Assembly: GCA_045863295.1 (NCBI GenBank)
Contig: BTWA01000009.1
Span: forward strand, 1 to 64,000
DNA: 64,000 bases
Direction of reading: 5' to 3'
DNA from: Candidatus Hydrogenedentota bacterium
GTDB lineage: Bacteria > Hydrogenedentota > Hydrogenedentia > Hydrogenedentales > SLHB01
In this document: positions 1 to 9,893 of the stretch, one piece after another
Position numbering within the stretch: position 1 is the first letter of the stretch
Layout of the letters: each line of letters begins with the position of its first letter
The notes under the pieces: model-generated
Seen by the model: only the letters and a program-made list of their open reading frames with translations
The model's database searches: none
Told to the model about the DNA's origin: nothing
Translations under genes and position numbers: made by a program

Positions 1-1
1 A

Positions 2-220
2 CAAGGACTGATGAATAACGAACCTCAACTCGTCAACAACGAATGGGTACTCCAAATCAACCACGGCGCGACGATGAGCGTGGGAGTTGCCGAAGCCTCA
101 CGATCAGAATTCGCCTCGGCTGGAATTGTCAATGCCGGGAGTCGCGGCGGCATTGTTGTATTTTGCATTATCGCAGGTTTGCTTGTCCTAACCGCGTTTC
201 GGATGCGGCGTGCGATATGA
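2..220 (+). CDS. 3' end of a protein truncated by the window edge, with a C-terminal membrane anchor (hydrophobic helix plus basic tail)
   Basis: Frame is open from the window start and ends GGIVVFCIIAGLLVLTAFRMRRAI*. Confidence 0.55.
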   Translation, partial: QGLMNNEPQLVNNEWVLQINHGATMSVGVAEASRSEFASAGIVNAGSRGGIVVFCIIAGLLVLTAFRMRRAI

Positions 221-329
221 GTGACTCGCGTATCGAGGCATTCCTTCGCTTCGTCACACGTGCATCGTTCGCACACATTTCGTTGCTCAACGAATGATCT
301 GCCTGAGACCTGTGCGCTACAGCGTGGCG

Positions 330-2198
330 TCAGAACGGTGCTTTCGCATATACGGCATAGCCGTCCTCCTTTCCAGGAGGCCACGGGACATACAGCCGGC
401 CTGCATCTATCGCTAATTTCAAAGCCGCTTTCGGATCGTTGTCCGGGGCGCGGCTATTCCAATCCAACCATACAGCCGAGTTCCTGTGTTGCCACGAGTG
501 TGCATTCGACTTGACTTCGCTGCCGATTTGAGCGACTACGGATCGGTCCTTTCTGAACTCGAGTTGCTCAGGCGCAGCGCCGGAGGTTGGCACGGGCACA
601 GAACCAATGGTGGGGGCTATGCCTGCATAGTTCCAAATTCCTTCTACCTGCGATATCTTTCGCCAATAGGCCTCGGGACCAAATCGCAGGCGTGCTCGAT
701 CGCTCGTTCCGTCATGTTTTGCCATGCAGTAGCCGGTGGTCGCCAGCAAAACAAGGGGACAGGCAAGCACCGAGACCACGAAGGCGTTACGAAGGTTCCA
801 ACGGCCATCGGAGGGCACAATTCCGGAAGGGCAGACAACACCCTCGTTTATCGGCGTACGCGTCACCAGCAGCATAGACGTAACGACGACAGCGAGCACA
901 AACAACGTCGCATGCGAAAGCGGGAATTGGCCGGCTGCCGCTTCCGGAAAGAAATGGAGCACCGCACCGGCGAAAGTCACCCAAATCAAGTAGAGCAGAA
1001 CGATCGCCGCTTTCGAATAGGCACCTGCAACTACAATAGGCAAACGGCCTCGGGCATATTGCGCCAATGCATAGACTACCGTGGCTGATGCCAGGCCACC
1101 GCCGGCCGCATACCATACCCATGGCATAAACCCAAGGATAGGTTCATTGGGCAGAAACCCAAACCGATCAATCCAAGCCATGGGAGCTCGCCGGAGATTG
1201 ACCCACATGAGCGCAATCAAAACGGTGAACGCAGCAAATAGATCCAAGCGAATCGCAGGTACATCTTCCAGTGCAGGTGCGAGACCGGTTCGTTCGAGGC
1301 GTCGCACTCCCAGTGCGATGCCGAGGCCCATAAACAGTCCGACCGTCTCTTCCGCGTACTCCCGAAACACGCCATAGGCCAGGGCGAATCCCAAACCACC
1401 GATTATTGCGCCGTAGAAACTAAGCAGCAGTGCGGCCTTATTTCGTTGCCAATAGAGGTGGGCTACCACCATTATCAAGACAGCCAGCGTACCGCCCCAT
1501 GCTTCGCTGCGATAGGGCGGTCCCAGGCGAAGCCCGCCGAACTTCGTTAGCAGCAGGTAGCCGATCCACCATGCGGCCGCGGCCGCAACAAAAAGCAACG
1601 CTTCGCTTCGCTCGCGGGGGCGTATCAGGGCATACAGTCCGGTTACGAGGATGATCGTGGTGGCAGGTAGCCATTCCGAGTCATGGAAATGCTCCGCGGT
1701 GAACCGTTCGTACAGATTCAACGTGTCCGGATGAAATACAAGGTACAAATGGGTGGCCAGAAATGCTGTACACACGGCAACAAACGGCCCCATGAACCGT
1801 TCAATGCGGGAACGAGGTTCGGTAAAGGCGAGACCCAATATGGCTCCTCCAATTCCTGCCCAAATGGCACCAATGAGGAACAGGGCGGAGCACCCGTACA
1901 AGACGTCCAGAAATGACCCCGAGATAATGTACGATGTTTGCTCCATATAGCTGAGTGCGCCGCCCCAAGCCCAGCCGATCGAACCTACGAGCGCTGCAAC
2001 AAGCGACCTGCGTTGCCAATCCGGCCTGCGAGAGGCGAGGCATACCGCCAACCCCAGCATTGCTCCGGACACCATTGCGCCGCCTTCATGTCCTACCGTT
2101 CCACGGTACCGCCAGCCGTATGCCATGGCGAGAGAGGTGAGTATCAAGGGGAAGAGTTCTTTTGCCTGAACTCGTCGAAGCGATAGCGGAAAATTCAT
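330..2198 (-). CDS. Uncharacterised polytopic membrane protein (622 aa)
   Basis: Long ORF with many Gly/Ala-rich hydrophobic helices and a soluble C-terminal domain; start overlaps the PHP stop (ATGA). Confidence 0.8.
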   Translation of the reverse strand: MNFPLSLRRVQAKELFPLILTSLAMAYGWRYRGTVGHEGGAMVSGAMLGLAVCLASRRPDWQRRSLVAALVGSIGWAWGGALSYMEQTSYIISGSFLDVLYGCSALFLIGAIWAGIGGAILGLAFTEPRSRIERFMGPFVAVCTAFLATHLYLVFHPDTLNLYERFTAEHFHDSEWLPATTIILVTGLYALIRPRERSEALLFVAAAAAWWIGYLLLTKFGGLRLGPPYRSEAWGGTLAVLIMVVAHLYWQRNKAALLLSFYGAIIGGLGFALAYGVFREYAEETVGLFMGLGIALGVRRLERTGLAPALEDVPAIRLDLFAAFTVLIALMWVNLRRAPMAWIDRFGFLPNEPILGFMPWVWYAAGGGLASATVVYALAQYARGRLPIVVAGAYSKAAIVLLYLIWVTFAGAVLHFFPEAAAGQFPLSHATLFVLAVVVTSMLLVTRTPINEGVVCPSGIVPSDGRWNLRNAFVVSVLACPLVLLATTGYCMAKHDGTSDRARLRFGPEAYWRKISQVEGIWNYAGIAPTIGSVPVPTSGAAPEQLEFRKDRSVVAQIGSEVKSNAHSWQHRNSAVWLDWNSRAPDNDPKAALKLAIDAGRLYVPWPPGKEDGYAVYAKAPF

Positions 2199-3070
2199 GA
2201 GTGACTTCCGCTGTTCCAGGATTTTACGAGGTCTCCATTGCCAATTCTTGCCAAAATACCATCGACGTAGTGGTGTGCGAGCCGGACTTTGCCCATTTCA
2301 GGATTCAGTCCTTTCGCATTGCCGTGGCAATCGGAGCCCCCGGAGACCAGCAACCCATTGGCTTTCGCCAGTGTCAGGTACTCCGCACACAAGCCGGGCG
2401 TGTGCTTGGTATGATATACCTCGATGCCGTCAAACGGATATTGCAGCAGTCGCTGTACTTTCTTGCGTGTCGCGGGCAGGCCGGGATGCGCTAGTATTGC
2501 GATGCCTTCCGCTCCATGAATTCTTTCTATGGCTTCCTCGATTTTCAGCCTACCCCGCGGAACAAAGGCGGGTTTTCGGGCGCCGATATATTTGTCGAAT
2601 GCATCCTGAACCGTCTTTGTCTTTCCCAACGCGAACAGCTCTTGTGCGATGTGAAGTCTGCCAACCGAAGCGCCTCCCGCCGCCCGGTCCAACACCCGAT
2701 CCATCGCTATGGGAATCCCCAATGCATTCAACTTTTCCACAATACGTGCGGCCCGTGCCATGCGCTCTTGTTGCATCCACGCCAGCCGATCCAGCAGCGG
2801 CGCATTCGTAATATCAATCCCCAGTCCAAGGACGTGGACTTCGACGCCGCCATGTTCACAACTGATCTCCGTGCCGGGCACCAAGGTGATGCATCGTTCA
2901 ATTGCGGCCCTTTGTGCTTCCGCCACACCCGATACCGTGTCATGGTCCGTTAGCGCGACGGCAGAGAATCCCCACTCAGCCGCGCGGCGCACGACTTCAG
3001 ATGGGGAATCCGCGCCATCGGAGTGATTGGAATGGAGGTGGAAATCGGCGTAGCGATTGGTAAGAGTCAC
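2195..3070 (-). CDS. PHP-domain metallophosphoesterase (TrpH/YciV-like)
   Basis: DFHLHSNHSDG, ALTDHD, GTEIS, HVLG, LAHP and GGSDCHG motifs. Confidence 0.9.
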   Translation of the reverse strand: MTLTNRYADFHLHSNHSDGADSPSEVVRRAAEWGFSAVALTDHDTVSGVAEAQRAAIERCITLVPGTEISCEHGGVEVHVLGLGIDITNAPLLDRLAWMQQERMARAARIVEKLNALGIPIAMDRVLDRAAGGASVGRLHIAQELFALGKTKTVQDAFDKYIGARKPAFVPRGRLKIEEAIERIHGAEGIAILAHPGLPATRKKVQRLLQYPFDGIEVYHTKHTPGLCAEYLTLAKANGLLVSGGSDCHGNAKGLNPEMGKVRLAHHYVDGILARIGNGDLVKSWNSGSHS

Positions 3071-3492
3071 GATTCTGCGTTTGCGGGGATGGCCAATCGA
3101 TCCAGAACGGCATTGACGAAACGCGGAGCGTCGTCTGCGCCAAATCGTTTGGCCACTTCCACGGCTTCGTTGATGGCTACTTTAGTCGGCATGCCCGCCA
3201 CATGGCGGATTTCGTACAAGGCTACGCGCAGAATATTGCGTTCGACCCGGGCGACGCGCTCCGGAGTCCATCCGGTAAGTGCGGAGTCTATGGCAGTATC
3301 CAATTCAACCCGGTATTCGAATACCCCACGAATGAGTGTCTCGGCATACTCTCGCACGCTTGGTTTGGAGGGATTTTCACGCCAGAATGCATCGATGGCC
3401 GCCAACCACTCGTAGGCCGTGAAATCGAGGCCAAACAAGAATTGGAGCGCGCGTTCGCGTGCGATTCGCCGTTGTTTCGGGTTGATGGTCAT
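3067..3492 (-). CDS. nusB: Transcription antitermination factor NusB
   Basis: RRIARERALQFLF, VERNILRVALYE, VAINEAVEVAKRFG, FVNAVLD; follows ribH; alternative TTG start at 3516. Confidence 0.95.
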   Translation of the reverse strand: MTINPKQRRIARERALQFLFGLDFTAYEWLAAIDAFWRENPSKPSVREYAETLIRGVFEYRVELDTAIDSALTGWTPERVARVERNILRVALYEIRHVAGMPTKVAINEAVEVAKRFGADDAPRFVNAVLDRLAIPANAES

Positions 3493-3554
3493 CGTACTAC
3501 TTTCGTTACCTTCCAAATAAATGCACGATCAGGCTATGGAGGATCCGGCCCAGA

Positions 3555-4019
3555 TTAAAGCTGATCCACCAGATTTACCATTTCGATGGCGGCCACGGCA
3601 GCGTCAAAACCCTTGTTGCCGGCCTTTGTGCCCGCCCGCTCAATGGCCTGTTCAATGCTGTCGGTAGTGAGGATGCCAAATATCACAGGGATATTCGAAT
3701 TCAATCCGACGTGCGCAACGCCCTTGGCGGACTCCCCGGCGACATAATCGAAATGCGCGGTTGCGCCGCGAATTACCGCACCCAGGGTGATGATTGCATC
3801 ATACTTTTTGGATTCGGCCATTTTTTTCGCAATCAGCGGAATCTCATACGATCCCGGCACCCATACCACGGTGATATCCTCGTCCTTCGCGCCATGGCGG
3901 ACCAGGCCATCCAGCGCGCCTTCCAACAATTTTCCGGTGATGAACGCGTTGAAGCGCGAGACAACAATTCCAAAACGCTTTCCCTGCGTGTGCAAGTGCG
4001 CTTCAATTACCTTGGGCAT
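3555..4019 (-). CDS. ribH: 6,7-dimethyl-8-ribityllumazine synthase
   Basis: [52 protein letters not shown] before MPKVIE. Confidence 0.97.
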   Translation of the reverse strand: MPKVIEAHLHTQGKRFGIVVSRFNAFITGKLLEGALDGLVRHGAKDEDITVVWVPGSYEIPLIAKKMAESKKYDAIITLGAVIRGATAHFDYVAGESAKGVAHVGLNSNIPVIFGILTTDSIEQAIERAGTKAGNKGFDAAVAAIEMVNLVDQL

Positions 4020-4033
4020 GGTCTTTCTCCTTG

Positions 4034-5356
4034 TCACGTGAATAAATGACCAAGCTTTTCCCGCTTGGTCTGCATATAGCGTTCATTTGAAGCCGAAGGC
4101 GGAATAATGAGTGGGACCCGCTCTGTGATATCCACGCCGTGGCCGCTGAGCCCGGTGATCTTGTGCGGATTGTTGGTGATAATCCGCACGCGCTTGACGC
4201 CCAATTCCGATAGGATTTCAGCGGCCACACCATACTCCCTCGAGTCCGGCTGGAAGCCGAGATGCACATTTGCTTCAACCGTATCCAGTCCCTCATCTTG
4301 AAGAGCATACGCACGAATCTTGTTGGCAAGGCCTATGCCACGACCTTCCTGCCGCATGTATACGACAACTCCGCGTCCTTCCTTGGCAATCATATCCAGC
4401 GACGTGTGCAGTTGCGATCCGCAATCGCATCGTTGCGATCCGAACACGTCTCCGGTCAGACATTCCGAGTGTACCCGGACCAGAACCGGTTCCGGCCCGG
4501 ACACATCGCCCATGACTAGCGCGAGATGATCGGCATGATCCGCCGTACTTTCATAGGCGATCAAGGTATACTCGCCGTGCTCACTGGGCATGCGAGTCGA
4601 CCCTATGCGGCGAAGAACCCGCTCGTTTTTGCGCCGGTATTCAATAAGATCCGCAATCGTGCAGATCTTAATTCCGTGCTCCTTGCCAAACTGTTTGAGT
4701 TCGGGCAGACGCGCCATGGTTCCATCATCCTTCATTACCTCGCAGATGACGGCCGAGGGATTCATGCCCGCGAGCCGGGCGAGATCGACGGATCCCTCGG
4801 TTTGACCGGCGCGCACCAATACGCCGCCTTCGTGTGCCCTTAGCGGAAATACATGGCCGGGTTGGACCAGGTCGGATGGTTTTGACGAAGGGCTGACGGC
4901 AACCCGAATGGTGTGAGCCCGATCAAAAGCACTGATGCCGGTTGTAATACCCTCGGCGGCTTCGATGGATACATGAAATGCCGTGCCAAACCGCGACCGG
5001 TTCTCCCGTGACATGGGGGGGAGTCCGAGGAAATCGATGCGCTCCGGCGTCAACGCAAGGCAAATCAGGCCGCGACCGTATTTGGCCATGAAATTGACAG
5101 ATTCGGGCGTGGCCTTTTCTGCCGCTATCACCAGGTCGCCTTCGTTTTCGCGATCTTCATCGTCGACAAGGATAATCATGCGTCCTTGCCGCAACTCTTC
5201 CAGAATCTCTTCGATGGGCGTAAGCATGACGTCATGTCCATGAGTTTTGCGCGTCGGCTCATCAATTGCCGTCGCAGTCTCACTTGTGGGTGTCGCCGTG
5301 GATTGCACGGGGCCGTTCCCTTGTTTCAAACGATTACTGACCGTTGTTGTTGCCAT
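4034..5356 (-). CDS. ribBA: Bifunctional DHBP synthase / GTP cyclohydrolase II
   Basis: [49 protein letters not shown]; start may instead be 5227. Confidence 0.97.
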   Translation of the reverse strand: MATTTVSNRLKQGNGPVQSTATPTSETATAIDEPTRKTHGHDVMLTPIEEILEELRQGRMIILVDDEDRENEGDLVIAAEKATPESVNFMAKYGRGLICLALTPERIDFLGLPPMSRENRSRFGTAFHVSIEAAEGITTGISAFDRAHTIRVAVSPSSKPSDLVQPGHVFPLRAHEGGVLVRAGQTEGSVDLARLAGMNPSAVICEVMKDDGTMARLPELKQFGKEHGIKICTIADLIEYRRKNERVLRRIGSTRMPSEHGEYTLIAYESTADHADHLALVMGDVSGPEPVLVRVHSECLTGDVFGSQRCDCGSQLHTSLDMIAKEGRGVVVYMRQEGRGIGLANKIRAYALQDEGLDTVEANVHLGFQPDSREYGVAAEILSELGVKRVRIITNNPHKITGLSGHGVDITERVPLIIPPSASNERYMQTKREKLGHLFT

Positions 5357-5372
5357 TCAATCTGAATTCCCG

Positions 5373-5999
5373 TCACGCAAATCCGTGACGCTTGAGCGTG
5401 TCCAATGTCACGCCTGTAGTGGTCATGTTCTTGATCAAGTGATGGATGTGCTTGCCAATCATGTCGGCTTCCATGTTGACCGGGTCGCCCGGCCGTTTCA
5501 TGCCGAGGCACGTCTTCCTGATTGTCTCGGGAATGATGGCCACACCGAACGTGTCGCCTTGCGGATCCACGACAGTCAAGCTAATCCCGTCGACGGCCAC
5601 TGAACCTTTCGGCACCAAATACCGTGCCACTTCCGCCGGTGCCTGAAACGTCCAAAAAGAAAAGTCGCCTTGCTGCCGAACCGCTTTTACACGGCCGACG
5701 CCGTCGACATGCCCTTGCACGAAATGGCCGCCCATGCGATCCCCCATGGCCATGGCCCGCTCCAGGTTCACTGCATCACCCGCCTTCAACCCGCCGAGGG
5801 TGGAGCGCTCGATCGTTTCCGGCGAGAGTTGCACGACAAATCCCGCATCGTCGAATGCGACTACAGTCAAGCAAACGCCGTTAACGGCGATGCTGTCACC
5901 CTCAGATACGCCCGTCAAGACGTGTTTGGCCAGAATGGCAAGGTCCGCGCCCGAACGTCTGGAAACGGCGCCTACCTCTTCTATAAGTCCGGTAAACAT
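5373..5999 (-). CDS. ribE: Riboflavin synthase (alpha chain)
   Basis: MFTGLIEEVG, GDSIAVNGVCLT, GGHFVQGHVD, KGSVAVDGISLT. Confidence 0.96.
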   Translation of the reverse strand: MFTGLIEEVGAVSRRSGADLAILAKHVLTGVSEGDSIAVNGVCLTVVAFDDAGFVVQLSPETIERSTLGGLKAGDAVNLERAMAMGDRMGGHFVQGHVDGVGRVKAVRQQGDFSFWTFQAPAEVARYLVPKGSVAVDGISLTVVDPQGDTFGVAIIPETIRKTCLGMKRPGDPVNMEADMIGKHIHHLIKNMTTTGVTLDTLKRHGFA

Positions 6000-6003
6000 G
6001 GTG

Positions 6004-7089
6004 CTATTGCCCGTGCATCACGTATGCTTCAATTAAGAGATCGGGACCAACAGGTTCGACAGTCATGCGTTCCAGCCGGATTACGTCCGCCATGCGGGAT
6101 ACGCCTTCGCCCTCCACCGCCGTCACTGCATCGCGACCACCGATGATTTTCGGGGCGACAAAGAACATCACCTTGTCCACGATGGATGCTTCGAACGCGG
6201 AGGCATGGGTCGTTCCTCCGCCTTCGATGAGCACCGATACGATTTCCCGCTTACCCAATTCCTGCATGAGAAGACGAAGGTCCAGTTTGCCGCTGGAGGT
6301 TGGAATACGGATGACTTCGGCAGCTCCGTCGAACGTCCGGTCATCAGGCACCGCCACGATGGTCGGAGCATCGCTTGGCGTGTGAAACACCCGCCGTTCC
6401 GTGTCGAGGTATTCATCCGCGTCAAGGATGACGCGCACAGGATCCTTGATCTTGCCTTCCGGCAACCGCGTAGTCAGTGTAGGGTCGTCCAACATCACGG
6501 TTCGGCTTCCAACGAGTATGGCGTCCACTTCGTTGCGAAGTGTATGGACCCGGTGCCGGGCTTCGTCACTGGTGACCCAACGGGAATCGCCTGTACGAGT
6601 GGCAATCTTTCCGTCCAGCGACATGCCGACTTTGGAAATGACGAACGGCATGCCGGTCGTGATGTATTTGATGAACGCTTCGTTGAGCTTTCGGGCCTCG
6701 GTTTCCATCAGGCCCACTTCGACCTCGATTCCGGCTTGACGCAGCTTGAAGATGCCTTCTCCGCACACCTTGGGATTTGGATCGTGCATTGCCACGACCA
6801 CACGCGCCGGCTTATGCTGAATCAACGTGTCGACGCAAGGCGGTGTGCGCTCGTGGTGCGAACACGGCTCCAAATTCACGTAAAAAGTCGAGCCGCATAC
6901 GTCGCCGCCTGCTTTGTCCATTGCGATGGATTCAGCGTGAGGCAGCCCAGCCTTTTCATGGAAGCCCTCGCCGAGGATTCGGCCGTCCCGGACTATGACA
7001 CATCCCACCATTGGATTGGGGCTGGTTCGCCCGCGTCCTTTGGCAGCGAGTTCGAGCGCTCGCGTCATGAATCCCAAATCGGTTGCCAT
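6004..7089 (-). CDS. ribD: Bifunctional pyrimidine deaminase / reductase RibD
   Basis: TSPNPMVG, HAE, LEPCSHHERTPPC, SLDGKIA, IEGG. Confidence 0.97.
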   Translation of the reverse strand: MATDLGFMTRALELAAKGRGRTSPNPMVGCVIVRDGRILGEGFHEKAGLPHAESIAMDKAGGDVCGSTFYVNLEPCSHHERTPPCVDTLIQHKPARVVVAMHDPNPKVCGEGIFKLRQAGIEVEVGLMETEARKLNEAFIKYITTGMPFVISKVGMSLDGKIATRTGDSRWVTSDEARHRVHTLRNEVDAILVGSRTVMLDDPTLTTRLPEGKIKDPVRVILDADEYLDTERRVFHTPSDAPTIVAVPDDRTFDGAAEVIRIPTSSGKLDLRLLMQELGKREIVSVLIEGGGTTHASAFEASIVDKVMFFVAPKIIGGRDAVTAVEGEGVSRMADVIRLERMTVEPVGPDLLIEAYVMHGQ

Positions 7090-7132
7090 GGCCGCTTCCC
7101 AGTGCTCCTTCTAGTTCATAAGCAGCTGGGAC

Positions 7133-7171
7133 AAAATGACATGCCCCAAGGCTGCGAGTTTCCTTTGGGGC
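7133..7171 (-). terminator. Putative intrinsic terminator/attenuator in the FMN riboswitch expression platform
   Basis: Minus strand GCCCCAAAGG-AAACTCGCAG-CCTTGGGGC followed by ATGTCATTTT; the U-tract is imperfect. Confidence 0.5.
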
Positions 7172-7317
7172 TTGTACTGGGAGATTGGAAGCCGTATCCC
7201 GGATGCAATTCGGGCGTACGGATTTCGTTTCCAAATCCGGTTCAACCCAGACATACTGGTTACGTGGCCCGCGCGCATGCACGGATCCGCAGCCAATCGT
7301 GGGGGGCTGAACCCGAC

Positions 7318-7432
7318 TGCCTTCTCCCATCCGGACTGTACCGTCGGCGCCTGAATTTCACAGGCTCCTGCGTCTGACGACGCTCGCGGGCTATAACCGC
7401 CGGTCAGGAATTTCACCGTGCCCCGAAGGCAA
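7318..7432 (-). ncRNA. FMN riboswitch (RFN element)
   Basis: Minus strand CTTCGGGGCACGGTGAAATTCCTGACCGGCGGTTATAGCCCGCGAGC...GTGAAATTC...CCGACGGTACAGTCCGGATGGGAGAAG matches the RFN consensus and lies upstream of ribD. Confidence 0.96.
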
Positions 7433-7612
7433 TCTGTATATACCGTTCGGTAGGTTTTTCAACCTGCCATCCTAATTCTACTCCTGAAACGGATGACCTG
7501 TCAAATGGCGGTTGCTACCAACCAATTGTATGCCAAGAAGTTAACGCTGACTTGCCGGCATTTCCTTCCCAATCGTGTATCCGCCATAATAAGGGCACGA
7601 GGGGAGGCCATC

Positions 7613-9457
7613 ATGAAGCAGTTAGCAGTTCTTTTAATGTTGGGGGGAGTCATTGGCGCACAGGCGGCCGTCAGCCAGCCGGTTGACGCAACCCAAGGAC
7701 CCAAGGCAAGGCAAGGCGACCTGCGGCTTGGAACGTACATTACGTCCAGAGGCGTGCAGGCCATCGCGGAAAGCAAGGAAAAACAGGATCAGGCCCTGGA
7801 AATTATGGACCGCATGGGACTTACCCGCGTCTACCTTGAAGTGTACCGAAGCGGTCACGAAGTTCCTGCGGCTACCATGACCCAAGTGCGTGACCTTTTC
7901 CAGGATCATGGGGTGGAAGTTACCGGTGGGATCGCAACCACCCCAGGCGGAGACGTTGGCGTGCCCAACGAGGGACCACTCACCTGGTACAACTGGCAGA
8001 ACCCCAAGACTCAGGCGGACCTGAAGGCGATTGTCGAGCGGGCCGCGCCTTTGTTTGATACTTTTATCGTCGATGATTTCTTCTGCACCGGCGATGTGAG
8101 CGCCGAATCGGCTGCGGCAAAGGGCGACCGGCCGTGGCCGGATTACCGGCGCGAACTCCTCTCAAGGCTTGCGAGCGACGTATTTGTTGCGCCGGCCAAG
8201 GCGGTGAATCCAGGCATTACCATGATCATCAAATATCCGCAGTGGTACGACCTGTTTCACGAGTATGGCTATGACGTGGCGAATCAATGGAAACCGTTTG
8301 ACCAGGTGTGGGTCGGTACAGAGACTCGAGGCGCAACCACACAACGGTTTGGATTTACGCAACCCTACGAAGGATTCGTCAACTATCGTTGGATTCAGTC
8401 CATTACCGGAGACAAACTGAAGGGCGCATGGTTCGATCACGGCGACTGCCTTGAGCATGACTTCATAGACCAGTGTTACATGAGCATTTTGGCGGGGGCA
8501 CGCGAGTTTGTGTTTTTTGAATTTGGAAGTCTGCAGGTAGGCCACCCCGATCATGCAAAAGTGAAGGAACAGTTTACACAGTTGGCGGACCTTGCCGCGT
8601 ACGTGCGCGACCACCCCGCGCGGGGCATTCCCGCTTACAAGCCAGCCAACAGCGATGCATGGCCGGATGTTTACTTGTTCGATTTCCTGGGTATGTTGGG
8701 AATCCCGTTGGTCCCGGTGTCGGTTGTTCCCGAAGGTGAAACGGCCGTACTGTTTGCCTCCCAAGCGGCAGCCGACTCCAATGCCCTGAACATTTTGAAC
8801 GGCATCTTGGAACGCGGCGGATTCGCGTGTGTAACTCCGGGCTTTTTGACCAAATCGGTGGGTGCGGCGGATATTGCCGGAGTACAAATCGCGTCAAGCG
8901 CCGCGTTGCTCAAAGCCACTGCAGCCAAAGATTCCGGAGCCTCGTGGGTCGATCTCGAAACGGCCGCCAATGTTATGGGCGGCGTGAAGCCGCGAAGCGC
9001 GCAGACGCTGGCCGTGGTAAAGGCGGGCGAGACGGTAGTTCCGTTTTTCGCGAAGCGTGCCGTGGGCGATGGCGCCGTGTACACGCTGAACACGTTCACC
9101 TATACCCCTCAAGACTTCTTGGACGTAAACGAAGTGTTGCTTTCGCCCAAACCGCAGGGCATATTGGATCTGCCCCGCGAATTCATCAATGAAATCCGCA
9201 ACGCGTTTACTGAACCTCTCGGCTTTCGCTTGGAAGCGCGTTCCCGAGTGACCCTGCATCTTTTGGGGTCATCGGCGTGGGTGGTGCAGAATTTCAATGA
9301 AGAAGAAGCGCGCGTTCAACTCACTTGGAACGACGCGGCCACGGCGCCGAAGCTCGTCGTCGATCGATTTACCGGCGAACGGTTTGAAGTGGATCCGCTG
9401 GATGGATTGCGGTTCCGTATTCCTGCGCGGGGCCGGGTCTGGCTGGTGGCGGAATGA
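7613..9457 (+). CDS. Secreted hypothetical protein, possibly glycoside-hydrolase-like (TIM barrel plus beta-galactosidase trimerisation-like domain)
   Basis: GGGGAGG RBS, signal peptide MKQLAVLLMLGGVIGAQA, IVDDFF motif; the fold call is tentative. Confidence 0.6.
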   Translation: MKQLAVLLMLGGVIGAQAAVSQPVDATQGPKARQGDLRLGTYITSRGVQAIAESKEKQDQALEIMDRMGLTRVYLEVYRSGHEVPAATMTQVRDLFQDHGVEVTGGIATTPGGDVGVPNEGPLTWYNWQNPKTQADLKAIVERAAPLFDTFIVDDFFCTGDVSAESAAAKGDRPWPDYRRELLSRLASDVFVAPAKAVNPGITMIIKYPQWYDLFHEYGYDVANQWKPFDQVWVGTETRGATTQRFGFTQPYEGFVNYRWIQSITGDKLKGAWFDHGDCLEHDFIDQCYMSILAGAREFVFFEFGSLQVGHPDHAKVKEQFTQLADLAAYVRDHPARGIPAYKPANSDAWPDVYLFDFLGMLGIPLVPVSVVPEGETAVLFASQAAADSNALNILNGILERGGFACVTPGFLTKSVGAADIAGVQIASSAALLKATAAKDSGASWVDLETAANVMGGVKPRSAQTLAVVKAGETVVPFFAKRAVGDGAVYTLNTFTYTPQDFLDVNEVLLSPKPQGILDLPREFINEIRNAFTEPLGFRLEARSRVTLHLLGSSAWVVQNFNEEEARVQLTWNDAATAPKLVVDRFTGERFEVDPLDGLRFRIPARGRVWLVAE

Positions 9458-9516
9458 ATCAGAACCATCGGCAACCATGACTCAGGCAGCACGCTATACG
9501 ATGGAGACGCTAACCA

Positions 9517-9888
9517 ATGAAGCAGCATAGTTCTCGATTCCTCACTATTGTGCAAGACGCGAAGACCCGCGTCTCCGAGTGCCGCGTGGACGATGTGCGC
9601 AAATGGATCGACGAGGGCAAGGAGATGCATATCGTAGACGTGCGCGAGGAGTCCGAGTATGCCGCCGGACACGTGCCGAGTGCGGTGCATCTCAGCAAGG
9701 GCGTCATTGAGCGAGACATCGAAAGAGTGTTTCCCGATCCCAGCGCGCCGCTGGTGCTCTATTGTGGAGGCGGATACCGGTCGGCGTTGGCCGCGGACAA
9801 CATTCAGAAGATGGGGTACACCAATGTCATCTCCATGGACGGCGGATGGAGCGGGTGGAAGGAGTCGGGACTGCCGATTGAGATGTAG
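9517..9888 (+). CDS. Rhodanese-like sulfurtransferase
   Basis: IVDVREESEYAAGHVPSA, LYCGGGYRS, SMDGGWSGW. Confidence 0.93.
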   Translation: MKQHSSRFLTIVQDAKTRVSECRVDDVRKWIDEGKEMHIVDVREESEYAAGHVPSAVHLSKGVIERDIERVFPDPSAPLVLYCGGGYRSALAADNIQKMGYTNVISMDGGWSGWKESGLPIEM

Positions 9889-9893
9889 GAGTT

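Noticed and set aside
6205..7377. 390-aa plus-strand ORF
   Set aside because: Antisense to ribD and the FMN riboswitch; no recognisable motifs
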